A stretch of 36,480 nucleotides of DNA from Burkholderiales bacterium (GCA_044378065.1 JBILYA010000001.1:1-36480); one strand, 5' to 3'. Shown: positions 1-10,101, counted from the stretch's first letter. Program-made: numbers and translations. Notes: generated by a model from the sequence alone, not told the origin.

Positions 1-1
1 C

Positions 2-550
2 GACGACGCGTTGATTGAACTGCATCTGCGCAACTACGGCGGTCCGTTCAGCAGGCATGTTTTCACGCAGATGAAAGAAAAAGACATCCTGCGTTTTGAA
101 GGACCGCTCGGCAGTTTTTATCTGCGCGAGGACAGCAGCAAACCCGTCGTGCTGCTTGCGGGCGGCACCGGCTTCGCGCCGATCAAGGCCATCATCGAAC
201 ATGCAATCCACAATCAGCTGAAGCGGCGCATCATTCTTTACCGCGGCGCTCGCCGGCCGGCCGATCTTTATCTCAATGAGCTTCCGGAAGGCTGGCAGCG
301 CGACCATGCTGTCGCTTACGTGCCGGTGTTGTCCGATGTTGCAGACGGCGATGTCTGGAACGGCCGCCGCGGCCTGGTGCATCAGGCGGCGATGGAAGAC
401 CTGCCCGATCTATCGGGCTACGAGGTTTACGCCTGCGGCGCACCCGCGATGGTTGAAGCGGCCCGCCGGGATTTCACCACGCGCTGCGGTCTGCCTGAAG
501 CCGCGTTTTATGCCGACGCATTCACGCCGGCAGTGCCCGCAACAAACTGA
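2..550 (+). CDS. FAD/NAD(P)-binding oxidoreductase of the ferredoxin-NADP reductase family (AscD / CDP-6-deoxy-glucoseen reductase-like), C-terminal part; 5' end lies outside the window
   Basis: The frame is open from the window edge. It has the NAD(P)-binding motif LLAGGTGFAPIKAII and the C-terminal YACGAPAMV...FYADAF pattern typical of FNR-type reductase modules. Stop TGA at 548-550. Confidence 0.7.
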   Translation, partial: DDALIELHLRNYGGPFSRHVFTQMKEKDILRFEGPLGSFYLREDSSKPVVLLAGGTGFAPIKAIIEHAIHNQLKRRIILYRGARRPADLYLNELPEGWQRDHAVAYVPVLSDVADGDVWNGRRGLVHQAAMEDLPDLSGYEVYACGAPAMVEAARRDFTTRCGLPEAAFYADAFTPAVPATN

Positions 551-553
551 TTT

Positions 554-1762
554 TCAGAGCAGTTGCCGGCGGCGTCCGCCGCTGGCGCGCTTGAGCTGGC
601 CGACCGCGAGCTCAAGGCTGGCGCGATAGTGTTTGCGCGCGTCATCGACGCGCTCCAGCCGGTCATGCAGCTGCGCGAGTTCCAGATGCGCCGAGTACGT
701 CGGCTCCACCGCAACACTCGCCTCGAAATAACTCTGCGCTTTGCCCCACAGCTGCTGCCGCGCACACAGACGCCCCAGCGTCAACAGCAGCGCACCGTCC
801 TTGCGGTGTTCGCGCAGCCAGCGCTCGGCGCGCTCGATCTGGCGCAAGGCATTGGCCGATCCGCACTCGCCGTACAATGTCACCAGTCCGCCGTCCCAAT
901 CGGCATCCAGGCTGCTTTCAATGATGGCGACGGCTTCGTCACCAAGCCCCAGGACGTTAAACGCCGCGGCTGCAGCGGCTGCAACCGATGTTTGGCGGCG
1001 ATAACGTTCCGGCAGGCGTTTCCACAGGTCCTTTAATCCGCCGGCATCACCGGAGCGCCGCTCCAGCAATTGCCGCCAGGCATGACGACGCTCCACATCC
1101 GCCTGATCGGCACTGAACACGCCGCGCTTTTCCAGCTGATCAATCAATGCCGGCGCCAGATCCCATTGCCCGATGCGCTGCCTCGCGCGCAATTCAAGAC
1201 GCAGCGCCGCCGTATGTTTGACGGGCAGCAGGGCCAGCGTCGCCAGCGCTTCTTCCGGCCGCCGGTCATCCAGCAGCATTTGCGCTTTGCTGACTACGGT
1301 CATCACATCGGGACGCCCTGCCTCGGCACTCAAGCGCTCCAGATAACCGTCGCGCCGGCCGTGGGCCCGCAATCCGTGTGCAGCCTGGGCGGCCACCACG
1401 ATTCCGATGTCGGCAGGAGCACCCTGCTCGACCGCACGTGCCGCGGTTTTTTCGGCACGCGCATATCGTCCGGAAAAAAACTCGCGAAGGGATTCAAGCA
1501 TCGTGCCGTAAGCCGCGTCGCGGCGACGTGTTTCCCGGAACCGCGCCACGCGCGACGGCAGCTCAACCGCGGTGATCAGCAGGCGCAGCAGCAGATAGCC
1601 GGCAACAAAACCGAGCACAATCAGCACGATGGCAAAATTCAGCGACAGCTCGACGCGCTGTCCGGGCAGCGCGATCAGCACATAACCGGGGTTGAGGTCG
1701 GCCAGCAGGGTCAAGCCTGTCGCCAGCCCGCACAGCCCGAGTATCCAGATCAGCCAGCGCAT
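554..1762 (-). CDS. hemY: HemY-like heme biosynthesis-associated membrane/TPR protein
   Basis: 402 aa. The N-terminus has two hydrophobic segments (MRWLIWILGLCGLATGLTLL, FAIVLIVLGFVAGYLLLRLL), followed by helical TPR-like repeats. It lies directly downstream of hemX-hemD-hemC, as in the conserved hemCDXY arrangement. Confidence 0.85.
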   Translation of the reverse strand: MRWLIWILGLCGLATGLTLLADLNPGYVLIALPGQRVELSLNFAIVLIVLGFVAGYLLLRLLITAVELPSRVARFRETRRRDAAYGTMLESLREFFSGRYARAEKTAARAVEQGAPADIGIVVAAQAAHGLRAHGRRDGYLERLSAEAGRPDVMTVVSKAQMLLDDRRPEEALATLALLPVKHTAALRLELRARQRIGQWDLAPALIDQLEKRGVFSADQADVERRHAWRQLLERRSGDAGGLKDLWKRLPERYRRQTSVAAAAAAAFNVLGLGDEAVAIIESSLDADWDGGLVTLYGECGSANALRQIERAERWLREHRKDGALLLTLGRLCARQQLWGKAQSYFEASVAVEPTYSAHLELAQLHDRLERVDDARKHYRASLELAVGQLKRASGGRRRQLL

Positions 1763-1772
1763 CGCCGTCGGC

Positions 1773-2849
1773 TCAGTTCGACGTCTTGGCGCGCGGCAGG
1801 CGCAGCTTGCGCAGCGCTTCCAGCGTTTCGGCGAGATCGGGAATGTCGACCTGCACCTGCGCCGCCTGGAGTTTGCGCAGCGTACCGGTCATCGCGGTCA
1901 CCGCCGGATCACCTTTTTCAAAATGCTTCTCCAGCAAACCCTGGGCGGCGCGCAGATCGACCTGATAACTCTTGGTATCGCGCGACAGCAGGGCGACGCG
2001 GGCGCCGACCAGACGCAGCTTGAGATTTTCACGAAGGAAAAAAGCCTGGTCCGGCGCCAGCAGAGCCGCGTCCTGCACGCCGGTGCGCTGGATGCGCACC
2101 AGTTGCCGCAATTCCCGCCACACTTCGCCGAGCACCCGCTCCCAGGCCGGCGCATCTGCAGCCGGCATCGCCGGGGCGGACTTCTCGGGTTTGGCATGGG
2201 CATCCATCGCCAGCGGCAATTTATCCACGGCGGCAATGACGTCATCAAGACGGGCGCTGGAGCCGTAGATGTCGACCAGCGGCAGGCCCTTGAGCTTTTC
2301 AATATCGCGGGCCAGTGCGCGGCGCAAAGCGGCATAGCGCGGCTGATCCATGCGCTGCAGACGCGCTTCCGCATTCTCCAGGCCGATCAGCGCCGCCCGC
2401 ACATTCGCGGCAATCTGCAGTTGCTGGCTGGCGAGCAACACCGATTGCTCGATATCGGCAAAAGCCCAGTCATCGCGATTGCGCGACAGCTCCTGATACA
2501 ACGTCTCCAGCGCGACCTGCTGGCTTTGTGACTCGGCCAGCTTCGCTTCGAGCACGCCCAGCTTGACCTCCGCCTCACGCAGCGCCGTCGCAGCCTGTGT
2601 GGCACGTGCACCGGCTTCCTTATTCTGGGTTTCCATTTCGGAGAGCCGGCGCGCAAGATCGCGGCGCAGCGTGTCTTCGGCGCCGCGGTTCTGATACCAC
2701 TGGTAGGCCGAAAAAAGGGCCACCAGTACGGCAAGCGCCAGGGCCAGTGTCGCCAGACTGCCGCCGCGACGCGGTTCCGCAGCGGGATTTGCAGTTCCGG
2801 CCGCGTCCTTTACCGCTGTTTCCACCGGAGGAATTTCACGCTCATTCAT
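1773..2849 (-). CDS. hemX: HemX-like membrane protein (often annotated uroporphyrinogen-III C-methyltransferase-like)
   Basis: 358 aa with a single TM segment (LATLALALAVLVALFSAYQWY) and then a long coiled-coil-like region rich in A/E/L/Q/R. It sits between hemD and hemY, with a 10-nt gap to hemY. Confidence 0.8.
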   Translation of the reverse strand: MNEREIPPVETAVKDAAGTANPAAEPRRGGSLATLALALAVLVALFSAYQWYQNRGAEDTLRRDLARRLSEMETQNKEAGARATQAATALREAEVKLGVLEAKLAESQSQQVALETLYQELSRNRDDWAFADIEQSVLLASQQLQIAANVRAALIGLENAEARLQRMDQPRYAALRRALARDIEKLKGLPLVDIYGSSARLDDVIAAVDKLPLAMDAHAKPEKSAPAMPAADAPAWERVLGEVWRELRQLVRIQRTGVQDAALLAPDQAFFLRENLKLRLVGARVALLSRDTKSYQVDLRAAQGLLEKHFEKGDPAVTAMTGTLRKLQAAQVQVDIPDLAETLEALRKLRLPRAKTSN

Positions 2850-2879
2850 GACGCGGAGGATAGCATGCGCATTGCGGTG

Positions 2880-3662
2880 CTAAGTGCGGCCAAAGTGGCG
2901 CAACAACGCATCCATCAAACCGTCATCGCCGGGCGCAGTCTCGATGACATGGCGGCAACCCAGTTCACGCGCCACAGCGGCAATCCGCGGATGCGGCGCA
3001 AAAAGCGGGGTCTGCTGCAACAGCGGCTGGCCGGACGGGCCGACCATCGCAAACAAATTGCGCATGCCTTCGCTGCTGGTGATGGTCACGGCATGCAAGG
3101 CATTGCCGGCCCAGGCCTGCAGCAGCGGGGCCGCAGCGGCATCGGGCCGGGCACGGCGATAACATTCGACATAGTCCACCTGAGCACCACGCGCGGTGAG
3201 AGTATCGCCTAGCAATTCGCGTCCACCGTCACCGCGGAAAATGACAACGCGCTGACCGGCCACTGCCTGCAGTTCAGGCAGTGCCAGCAGATGTTCACTG
3301 TCAAAATGGCGATCCGGCGCAAGAACGCCGGAAACGCCAAACCGTTCGAGTTCACGGACACTGCCCTTGCCGATGGCGGCGACGCGCATCGCTGCGGGCC
3401 ATTGGCGACGTGCGATGACCTGCTTCATCGCCCGCACCACCGCATTGGGACTGATGAACACGGCGAGCTGATAGTCATCAAGTCTGGCGATGACATCGAT
3501 CAGCGGCTGAAGATCCGGCGGGTCGATAATTTCCAGCACCGGAAACAGGATGGCCTGGCCTCCGGCCGTATGAATGCGCCCGGCCAGAGGACCGGACTGC
3601 TGCGCGGGACGGGTGACCAGGATGCCGCGGCCGGCCAGCGGAGCAGCAACGGCAGTCATCAC
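2880..3662 (-). CDS. hemD: uroporphyrinogen-III synthase
   Basis: 260 aa with a HEM4-like two-lobe pattern ([12 protein letters not shown] ... [14 protein letters not shown]). Its start overlaps the hemC stop (ATGA), indicating translational coupling. Confidence 0.85.
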   Translation of the reverse strand: MMTAVAAPLAGRGILVTRPAQQSGPLAGRIHTAGGQAILFPVLEIIDPPDLQPLIDVIARLDDYQLAVFISPNAVVRAMKQVIARRQWPAAMRVAAIGKGSVRELERFGVSGVLAPDRHFDSEHLLALPELQAVAGQRVVIFRGDGGRELLGDTLTARGAQVDYVECYRRARPDAAAAPLLQAWAGNALHAVTITSSEGMRNLFAMVGPSGQPLLQQTPLFAPHPRIAAVARELGCRHVIETAPGDDGLMDALLRHFGRT

Positions 3663-4609
3663 GGATGCGCGAGCGCCGAAAGAATATCGGCAGCGCCGCG
3701 GTCTTTGAGTTCGGTGGCCAGCGCCAGACCGACGACCTCGGCGGTTTCGGGTGCGCCTGAGGCTTCGCCGCGGATGACCTGCGAACCGTCCGGCTCACCG
3801 ACCAGCCCGCGCAGGCGCAGCTCCCCGCCGGCGATTTCGGCAAAACCGGCGAGCGGCACATTGCAACTGCCGGCCAGCGCGCGGGAAAACGCGCGTTCCG
3901 CCAGCACACATTGCCGCGTCGGCGCATGCACCAGCGGCGCCAGCAGATCAAAGACGTCTTTGCGGTCTTCGCGACATTCAATGCCGAGCGCACCCTGGCC
4001 CACCGCCGGCAGGCTTTCTTCCGGCGTCAGCAATGCGGCGATGCGATCGGCCAGACCCAGTCGCTTTAATCCTGCGGCGGCGAGAATGATCGCGCCGTAC
4101 TGACCTTCATCGAGTTTGCGCAGGCGGGTCTGCACATTGCCGCGCAACGGCTCAATCTGCAGCTGCGGAAAATTCGCGCGCAGCTGGCATTCGCGGCGCA
4201 GGCTGGACGTGCCGACGCGACTCCCCGCGGGCAATTCGGCAAGACTGCGGTAATCGTTGGAAACAAAGGCATCGCGCGGATCAGCGCGTTCCAGCGTCGC
4301 TGCCAGCGCAAAGCCCGGCGGCAGATGCATCGGCACATCTTTCATCGAATGCACGGCGAGATCGGCGCGGCCGTCAGCCAGCGCATCTTCGAGTTCCTTG
4401 ACGAACAAGCCCTTGCCGCCGATCTTGGCCAGCGAAGTACCGAGATTGCGATCGCCTTCGGTGGTCATGCCGAGGATGGATACCGTGCGCTGCGGATATA
4501 ATCGTTGCAGTTCCGCCTGCACATGTCGGGCCTGCCATAACGCCAGTGCAGATTCCCGCGTGGCGATCACGATCGAACCGGCTTCACGCCGGGGATTACT
4601 CCGCATCAT
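3659..4609 (-). CDS. hemC: hydroxymethylbilane synthase (porphobilinogen deaminase)
   Basis: 316 aa. It has [18 protein letters not shown], the [11 protein letters not shown] motif and the cofactor-cysteine region [14 protein letters not shown], all characteristic of HemC. Confidence 0.95.
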   Translation of the reverse strand: MMRSNPRREAGSIVIATRESALALWQARHVQAELQRLYPQRTVSILGMTTEGDRNLGTSLAKIGGKGLFVKELEDALADGRADLAVHSMKDVPMHLPPGFALAATLERADPRDAFVSNDYRSLAELPAGSRVGTSSLRRECQLRANFPQLQIEPLRGNVQTRLRKLDEGQYGAIILAAAGLKRLGLADRIAALLTPEESLPAVGQGALGIECREDRKDVFDLLAPLVHAPTRQCVLAERAFSRALAGSCNVPLAGFAEIAGGELRLRGLVGEPDGSQVIRGEASGAPETAEVVGLALATELKDRGAADILSALAHP

Positions 4610-4624
4610 ATTCTCTGTATCATA

Positions 4625-5110
4625 TTGATTATATTGAATATTTTAAGCCGCTTTTGTTTTCTGATTGTAACATGCGCACTGCTCGGCGCCGCACCGGCGA
4701 TGGGCCAGCTGCAGCAGGCCGATGACCTCGATCAGGTTGCGGCGGAGGCACGCGCCAAACGCATACCCGTACTGATTGCCTTCATGCAGCAGTCCTGTCC
4801 TTATTGCGCGATTGCGCGAAAGAATCATCTTCTGCCGATTCAGGCCGACCCGCAGTGGGGCAAGCGGGTGCTGATTCGTGAAGTGGATGTCGACCGCAAC
4901 ACGGCGCTGCGGGATTTTGCCGGTGCCCCCACCACACATCGCGCCTTCGCCCGAATTCATCAGGTGCAAAAAGTGCCGACGCTGATCGTCTTTGACGCCG
5001 ACGGCAAACCCGTGGGCTCTCCGCTGGTCGGATTGCTCACCGAAGATTTTTACCGGCTCTATATTGAACAGGCCATTGAGAACGGTCTGACCAAAATGCG
5101 CGGCCGCTGA
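4625..5110 (+). CDS. secreted thioredoxin-fold protein with CPYC motif
   Basis: 161 aa. The N-terminus resembles a signal peptide ([17 protein letters not shown]). A CPYC redox motif sits in a thioredoxin-like context ([15 protein letters not shown] ... KVPTLIVFD). The only early starts are TTG 4625 or TTG 4634, so the start is uncertain. Confidence 0.6.
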   Translation: MIILNILSRFCFLIVTCALLGAAPAMGQLQQADDLDQVAAEARAKRIPVLIAFMQQSCPYCAIARKNHLLPIQADPQWGKRVLIREVDVDRNTALRDFAGAPTTHRAFARIHQVQKVPTLIVFDADGKPVGSPLVGLLTEDFYRLYIEQAIENGLTKMRGR

Positions 5111-5116
5111 GCGCGC

Positions 5117-5875
5117 TCAGCGCGCCAGCTCTCGCACGATATGCTGCTGGCGGCGGCTCACCGGAATGCGTTCCTCGAGCCCGGCCAGGAGGACCTGCCA
5201 ACCGCCTTCACCGGCCTCCGCACCGATGCGTTCGAAACCGCGGATCGCCGCACGAGAAACCAGGCAGTTACGGTGCACGCGCACAAAACGCTCGGCAAAT
5301 TCCTGTTCCAGTCGCGTCAGCGACTCCTCAATCAGATGTTCACGTTCAGCCGTGCGTACCGTCACGTATTTCAGTTCGGCGCGCAGATACAGGATATCGC
5401 TGACAGGGATCAGATGAACCCTGCCACGTTCGGCGGCGCTGAGACAGGTTCGGGGCGCTTGCTGCAACTCGCGCAGTACCCCGGCCCGGGGCGTTAGCGT
5501 GCCCGCCGCCCGCGTCAACGCTTCCTGCAGCCGCGCCGCGCGGATCGGCTTCAGCAGGTAATCCACTGCGTGCAGTTCAAAGGCGCGGATCGCATACGCG
5601 TCGTACGCCGTCGTGAAAATGACCGCGGGCGGGCGCTCCAGCTGCTGCAGATGCTGCGCCACCTCGACGCCGTCCATGCCGGGCATGCGCACATCGAGCA
5701 ACACCACATCGATGCCGCCCGTCGCCGCAGCTTCCAGGGCCTCGCGACCGGTTGCGACTTCTGCCACCACCGCCACCGGCAGCGTATCGCCGATATCGGC
5801 CAGCAGATCGCGCATGCGGCTGCGCGCCGGCGCCTCATCATCGACGATCAGCACGCGCAGTGGGGCTGCGTTCAT
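5117..5875 (-). CDS. algR: LytTR-family response regulator, AlgR-like
   Basis: 252 aa. It has a CheY-type receiver (RVLIVDDE ... VLLDVRMPGMDG ... DYLLKP) and a C-terminal LytTR domain (ERFVRVHRNCLVS). It resembles P. aeruginosa AlgR from memory. ATGA overlap with the upstream kinase gene. Confidence 0.85.
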   Translation of the reverse strand: MNAAPLRVLIVDDEAPARSRMRDLLADIGDTLPVAVVAEVATGREALEAAATGGIDVVLLDVRMPGMDGVEVAQHLQQLERPPAVIFTTAYDAYAIRAFELHAVDYLLKPIRAARLQEALTRAAGTLTPRAGVLRELQQAPRTCLSAAERGRVHLIPVSDILYLRAELKYVTVRTAEREHLIEESLTRLEQEFAERFVRVHRNCLVSRAAIRGFERIGAEAGEGGWQVLLAGLEERIPVSRRQQHIVRELAR

Positions 5876-6918
5876 GTGTGCCCCGCTTTCACCGCTTTGC
5901 CTTCACGCTTTGCCTTCACATAAGGCATCGACATGCGCACCTCATACAGATTGTCGCCCACCCTTGTGGTCAATTCGGCGGCCACATCGAAATGCAGCTG
6001 CAGCCGTTCACGGATATTGCCCACCGCCATTTTGTTGCCGCCATGGTGTGCTCCGGTAACGCGGTAGGGATTCCGCAGCACCACATGCAGGCGGTCGCGT
6101 ACCGCATAGATATTGATGCTGACCACGCCGGGCGTCTCGCTCGGTTCGATACCGTGATACACGGCGTTTTCCAGCAACGGCTGTAATGCCAGCGGCGGCA
6201 CCAGCGCATCACCCGGCATCTTGTCGATGTGCCACTCGATCTGCAAACGGTCTCCGAGCCGCAGCTGTTCCAGATCCAGATACTGCCGGCACAGCTCGAT
6301 TTCATCGGACAGGGGCGCGAGCTCGCGGTTGTCTGCCATCAACGCGCGGAACAGCCCGGCCATGTCTTCCAGCGCGGCTTCCGCGCGGCGCGGCTGCTGA
6401 CGCACCAGTGACAGCACGGCATTGATGCTGTTGAACAAAAAATGCGGGCGGATGCGCGCCTGCAGTGCCTGTAACCGGGCTTCCGCCAGCGCCGGCGACA
6501 GGGCGCGTCCGCGCAGGTCGAAATACGCCAGCAGCATCACGGTCACCAGCAGTACCACCACCAGCCAGCGCGTCAGCGAAGCCGGATCGACCATCAGCAG
6601 CCAGTGGCTGGCGTAATGCAGCATTGCCGTCAGCCCCGCTTCAATGGCAAGAACGGCTGCAGCGCCGACCGCATATGGCAAGCGCTGCAGTGTGCGGCCA
6701 AGCGCTGCCAGCACCAGCAGACTGAGAATCAACAACGGCACCACCAGCGCCGCGTTACCGGTGATCTGACGCGGCCAGTCGCGCAGATACTGCACCTGCA
6801 GCAGGGCTGCAAGCAGAACTGCGCCATTGACGATCAGCAGGATGCGCAGCAGGATCCCGAGGTTGCGGAAGTCCGGAAGAGCACCGGTGTGGGCGTTATG
6901 ATTTATACTCAGCGCCAT
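5872..6918 (-). CDS. algZ: AlgZ/FimS-type (LytS-family) sensor histidine kinase
   Basis: 348 aa with a multi-pass hydrophobic N-terminal half. The His_kinase motif is RIRPHFLFNSINAVLSLV and the ATPase-like motif is LQPLLENAVYHGIEP. It is coupled to algR. Confidence 0.8.
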   Translation of the reverse strand: MALSINHNAHTGALPDFRNLGILLRILLIVNGAVLLAALLQVQYLRDWPRQITGNAALVVPLLILSLLVLAALGRTLQRLPYAVGAAAVLAIEAGLTAMLHYASHWLLMVDPASLTRWLVVVLLVTVMLLAYFDLRGRALSPALAEARLQALQARIRPHFLFNSINAVLSLVRQQPRRAEAALEDMAGLFRALMADNRELAPLSDEIELCRQYLDLEQLRLGDRLQIEWHIDKMPGDALVPPLALQPLLENAVYHGIEPSETPGVVSINIYAVRDRLHVVLRNPYRVTGAHHGGNKMAVGNIRERLQLHFDVAAELTTRVGDNLYEVRMSMPYVKAKREGKAVKAGHT

Positions 6919-6965
6919 AGCCGTTTCATTCTAGCAGGCCCCACGCACAGGCCGTTCGCAACACC

Positions 6966-8381
6966 ATGTCCGCAAAAGAAAAATCTCCCGCCAGCAGCAA
7001 ACCCAGCGCGACCAAACCCTGGTCCGGCCGTTTCAGCGAACCCGTTGACGATCTGGTCAAACGCTTCACCGCATCCGTCGGCTTCGACCAGCGCCTTGCC
7101 GAATTCGACATTCAAGGCTCGATCGCCCACGCACGCATGCTGCGTGCCGTCGGCATCCTGACTGCCGCCGATCTCGAAGCCATCGAAAAGGGCCTGGCGA
7201 GCATCGGCGCCGAAATCCGCAACGGCACCTTCCCGTGGTCGCTGGACCTTGAAGACGTTCATCTGAATATCGAGAAACGCTTGACCGACATGGTCGGCGA
7301 CGCCGGCAAGCGCCTGCATACCGGGCGCTCGCGCAATGATCAGGTCGCCACTGACGTACGGCTGTACCTGCGTGCCGGCATTGATCATGTGCAGACCCTG
7401 ATCAAGGGCCTGCAGCGCGCGCTGCTCGATCTCGCGGAAAAACATACCGAAACCGTGATGCCGGGTTTCACCCACCTGCAGGTCGCGCAGCCGGTTTCAT
7501 TCGCCCACCACCTGCTAGCCTATTACGAAATGCTGTCGCGCGATGCCCAGCGTTTTGCCGACTGCCGTAAACGCGTCAACCGCCTGCCGCTAGGTGCGGC
7601 GGCGCTCGCCGGCACCTCATTCCCGATCGACCGCCAGATGGTGGCCAAGGAACTCGGCTTCGACGGCGTCTGCGAAAACTCGCTCGACGCCGTGTCCGAC
7701 CGCGACTTCGCCATCGAATTCGTCGCCGCCGGCGCGCTGACCATGACCCACCTGTCGCGTTTCAGCGAAGAACTGATCCTGTGGATGAGCCCGCGCTTCG
7801 GCTTCATCGACATTGCCGACCGTTACTGCACCGGCTCGTCGATCATGCCGCAGAAAAAAAATCCCGATGTCGCTGAACTGGTGCGCGGAAAGACCGGTCG
7901 CGTCAACGGCCATCTGGTCGCATTGCTGACCCTGATGAAAGGCCAGCCGCTTGCGTATAACAAGGACAACCAGGAAGACAAGGAACCGCTGCTCGATACC
8001 ATGGACACGCTGCTGATGAGCCTGGCGGTATTTACCGGCATGGTTGGCGGCATCACGGTAAAACCCGACGCGATGCGCAAGGCGGCGCTGCAGGGTTATG
8101 CCACGGCAACCGATCTGGCCGACTACCTGGTCAAAAAGGGTCTGCCCTTCAGGGAAGCCCATGAAGCCGTTGCGCTCGCCGTGCGCCAGGCGGAAACGCG
8201 CGGCTGCGATCTCTCGGAAATGTCGCTGGATGACCTGCGGCAGTTCTCGCCGCTGGCCGGCCCCGATGTTTTTGAGGCACTGACGCTGGAAGGTTCGATG
8301 AAAAGCCGCAGCCATATCGGCGGCACCGCGCCGGCCCGGGTCAAGGCCGCCATCGCCAAGGCGCGAAAGGCCATCGCCTGA
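6966..8381 (+). CDS. argH: argininosuccinate lyase
   Basis: 471 aa with the fumarate-lyase superfamily signature [12 protein letters not shown]. The N-terminal WSGRFSEP...[17 protein letters not shown] pattern is typical of ArgH. Confidence 0.95.
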   Translation: MSAKEKSPASSKPSATKPWSGRFSEPVDDLVKRFTASVGFDQRLAEFDIQGSIAHARMLRAVGILTAADLEAIEKGLASIGAEIRNGTFPWSLDLEDVHLNIEKRLTDMVGDAGKRLHTGRSRNDQVATDVRLYLRAGIDHVQTLIKGLQRALLDLAEKHTETVMPGFTHLQVAQPVSFAHHLLAYYEMLSRDAQRFADCRKRVNRLPLGAAALAGTSFPIDRQMVAKELGFDGVCENSLDAVSDRDFAIEFVAAGALTMTHLSRFSEELILWMSPRFGFIDIADRYCTGSSIMPQKKNPDVAELVRGKTGRVNGHLVALLTLMKGQPLAYNKDNQEDKEPLLDTMDTLLMSLAVFTGMVGGITVKPDAMRKAALQGYATATDLADYLVKKGLPFREAHEAVALAVRQAETRGCDLSEMSLDDLRQFSPLAGPDVFEALTLEGSMKSRSHIGGTAPARVKAAIAKARKAIA

Positions 8382-8385
8382 GCCC

Positions 8386-8407
8386 GCAGGGCATTTTCGT
8401 GCCCTGC
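8386..8407 (+). terminator. hairpin downstream of argH (possible intrinsic terminator)
   Basis: GCAGGGCA-ttttcg-TGCCCTGC forms an 8-bp stem, 5 nt after the argH stop. The T-run (GTGTTTT) starts only about 8 nt downstream, so it is not canonical. A second GC hairpin (CCCGCC-ctcc-GGCGGG) lies at 8431-8446. Confidence 0.3.
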
Positions 8408-8505
8408 AGACCCGTGTTTTCGCCACCTTTCCCGCCCTCCGGCGGGCCTTAATGTTGCCTTAATTCCCTGATCGCACACTGTCTCCGTCAATTGTTACGG
8501 AGCAG

Positions 8506-8934
8506 ATGATCATGGATAAGCGATTCTCTTTCGGCATTGCACTGTTTGCTGTCGCTTTTGCGTGCAGCAACGGCGCAGGCGCTGCAACACCGGCTGAAAT
8601 GCGGCAGGACTTTGCCGCTGCGGCCAAAGCCGCAACGCCGGGCTTCACCGGTCTGTCGGCCGCGCGCGGTGAGCAATTCTTCAAAACCACCCACGGCAAG
8701 GACTGGAGTTGCGCGACCTGCCATGGCGCGCGCCCGCTGAGCGACGGCAAACATGCCGTCACCGGGAAAGTGATTTCACCGCTGGCGCCGGTCGCCAATG
8801 CCAGCCGTTTCACCGATGCCGCCAAAACCGAAAAATGGTTCAAACGCAACTGCAACGACGTGCTCGGCCGCGAATGCACCGCTTCGGAAAAAGGCGATGT
8901 CCTCGAATACCTGCTGACCTTGAACAAAGGGTAA
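8506..8934 (+). CDS. monoheme c-type cytochrome, DUF1924 / SHP (sphaeroides heme protein)-like
   Basis: 142 aa with a signal peptide (FGIALFAVAFACSNGAGA), a single CXXCH motif (CATCH) and an extra Cys pair (NCNDVLGREC). The mature size is ~115 aa. It is the first gene of an SHP-DHC-cytochrome b type cluster. The second ATG at 8512 has better spacing to GGAG 8499-8502, so the start may be 8512. Confidence 0.7.
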   Translation: MIMDKRFSFGIALFAVAFACSNGAGAATPAEMRQDFAAAAKAATPGFTGLSAARGEQFFKTTHGKDWSCATCHGARPLSDGKHAVTGKVISPLAPVANASRFTDAAKTEKWFKRNCNDVLGRECTASEKGDVLEYLLTLNKG

Positions 8935-8938
8935 TGCC

Positions 8939-9403
8939 ATGAAAAACCGTCTTTCGTTCACACTCTTCTTCGTCTTCATCGGTCACCTGTCGATGACCGG
9001 CGCCGTACATGCCGATGACCTATTTGCCGGCAGCAATGCCAAATGGAAAGCTGAATGCGGCTCCTGCCATGTCGCCTATCCGGCGCAATTGCTGCCCGCG
9101 ACGGCCTGGCAGCGCCTGATGAAAGGCCTGGACAAACACTTCGGCACCGATGCTTCTGTTGATGCGGCAACCGCAGCGGAAATCGGCACCTTCCTGAATC
9201 AAAATGCCGGCAGCAAACGCGGCATTGCCGGGGAAACCACGCTGCGCGTCAGCGAAACCGCCTGGTTACGGGGCGAGCACCGCAAAGTCGATGCCGCGAC
9301 CTGGAAAAACCCCAAGATCAAAAGTGCGGCGAATTGTGCAGCCTGCCATACCGCCGCCGAGGCCGGCGATTACCGGGAACGCGGCATCCGCATTCCGCAA
9401 TAG
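8939..9403 (+). CDS. diheme cytochrome c (DHC family)
   Basis: 154 aa with a signal peptide (FTLFFVFIGHLSMTGAVHA) and two CXXCH motifs (CGSCH, CAACH). 4-nt gap to the preceding cytochrome gene. Confidence 0.75.
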   Translation: MKNRLSFTLFFVFIGHLSMTGAVHADDLFAGSNAKWKAECGSCHVAYPAQLLPATAWQRLMKGLDKHFGTDASVDAATAAEIGTFLNQNAGSKRGIAGETTLRVSETAWLRGEHRKVDAATWKNPKIKSAANCAACHTAAEAGDYRERGIRIPQ

Positions 9404-9414
9404 GAGATCAAGTC

Positions 9415-10101
9415 ATGGCCAAACAATCGATACTGGTCTGGGATCTGCCCGTGCGCATTTTTCACTGGCTTCTTGCAGCCTGCTTCGTCGGCGCTTTTGC
9501 GACAGGCGACTCCGAGCGCTGGCGCGACATCCACATCATGCTCGGCTACACGATGTTGATCCTGATCGCCTTCCGCGTCCTGTGGGGTTTCGTCGGCTCG
9601 CGTTATGCCCGTTTCGGCGCCTTTGCTTTCGGTCCGGGCCGCGTCGCTCAATATCTGCAATCATTACTCGGCACAAAACCGGAACACCATGTCGGCCACA
9701 ATCCCGCGGGCAGCTGGGCCATCTATCTGCTGCTGGGTCTGGCATTGACCGCGGGTGTTACCGGCTATGCGACGCTGAATGAACTCGGAGGGGAATGGCT
9801 GGAGGAATTGCATGAAGGCGCCGCCAACGCGATGCTCGCCGTGGTGCTGGTGCATATCGCAGGGGTCATCGCCAGCAGCCTGCGCCATCACGAAAATCTG
9901 GTCAGGGGCATGATCACCGGCCGAAAAATCGGTGCTGTTGCAGAAGGCATCCGCAAGCCGCATCGCATTGTTGCGGTACTGCTGCTGGCAGGCGTGATCG
10001 GATTCTGGGTGTTCGGCAAGCCTTACATCATGCCGACAGGCACCGAGGTCGCAGCCGCTTCAACTGATGCAGGTCATGAAAACGATCCCCAGAGACGCTA
10101 G
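9415..10101 (+). CDS. membrane b-type cytochrome (cytochrome b561 / Ni-Fe hydrogenase b-type cytochrome family)
   Basis: 228 aa counted from ATG 9415, which has the SD AGGAGA (9402-9407) 7 nt upstream. There are about four hydrophobic helices with conserved His residues (VRIFHWLLA, HIMLGY, LHEGAANAML, VLVHIAGV). The track ORF start at 9334 would overlap the DHC gene and has no SD. Confidence 0.8.
   Translation: MAKQSILVWDLPVRIFHWLLAACFVGAFATGDSERWRDIHIMLGYTMLILIAFRVLWGFVGSRYARFGAFAFGPGRVAQYLQSLLGTKPEHHVGHNPAGSWAIYLLLGLALTAGVTGYATLNELGGEWLEELHEGAANAMLAVVLVHIAGVIASSLRHHENLVRGMITGRKIGAVAEGIRKPHRIVAVLLLAGVIGFWVFGKPYIMPTGTEVAAASTDAGHENDPQRR

Noticed and set aside
6143-6153. GGTTCGATACC, which resembles a tRNA T-loop
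   Set aside because: It lies inside the algZ coding frame. I could not find a flanking acceptor stem, anticodon arm or D-arm. I found no tRNA in the window.
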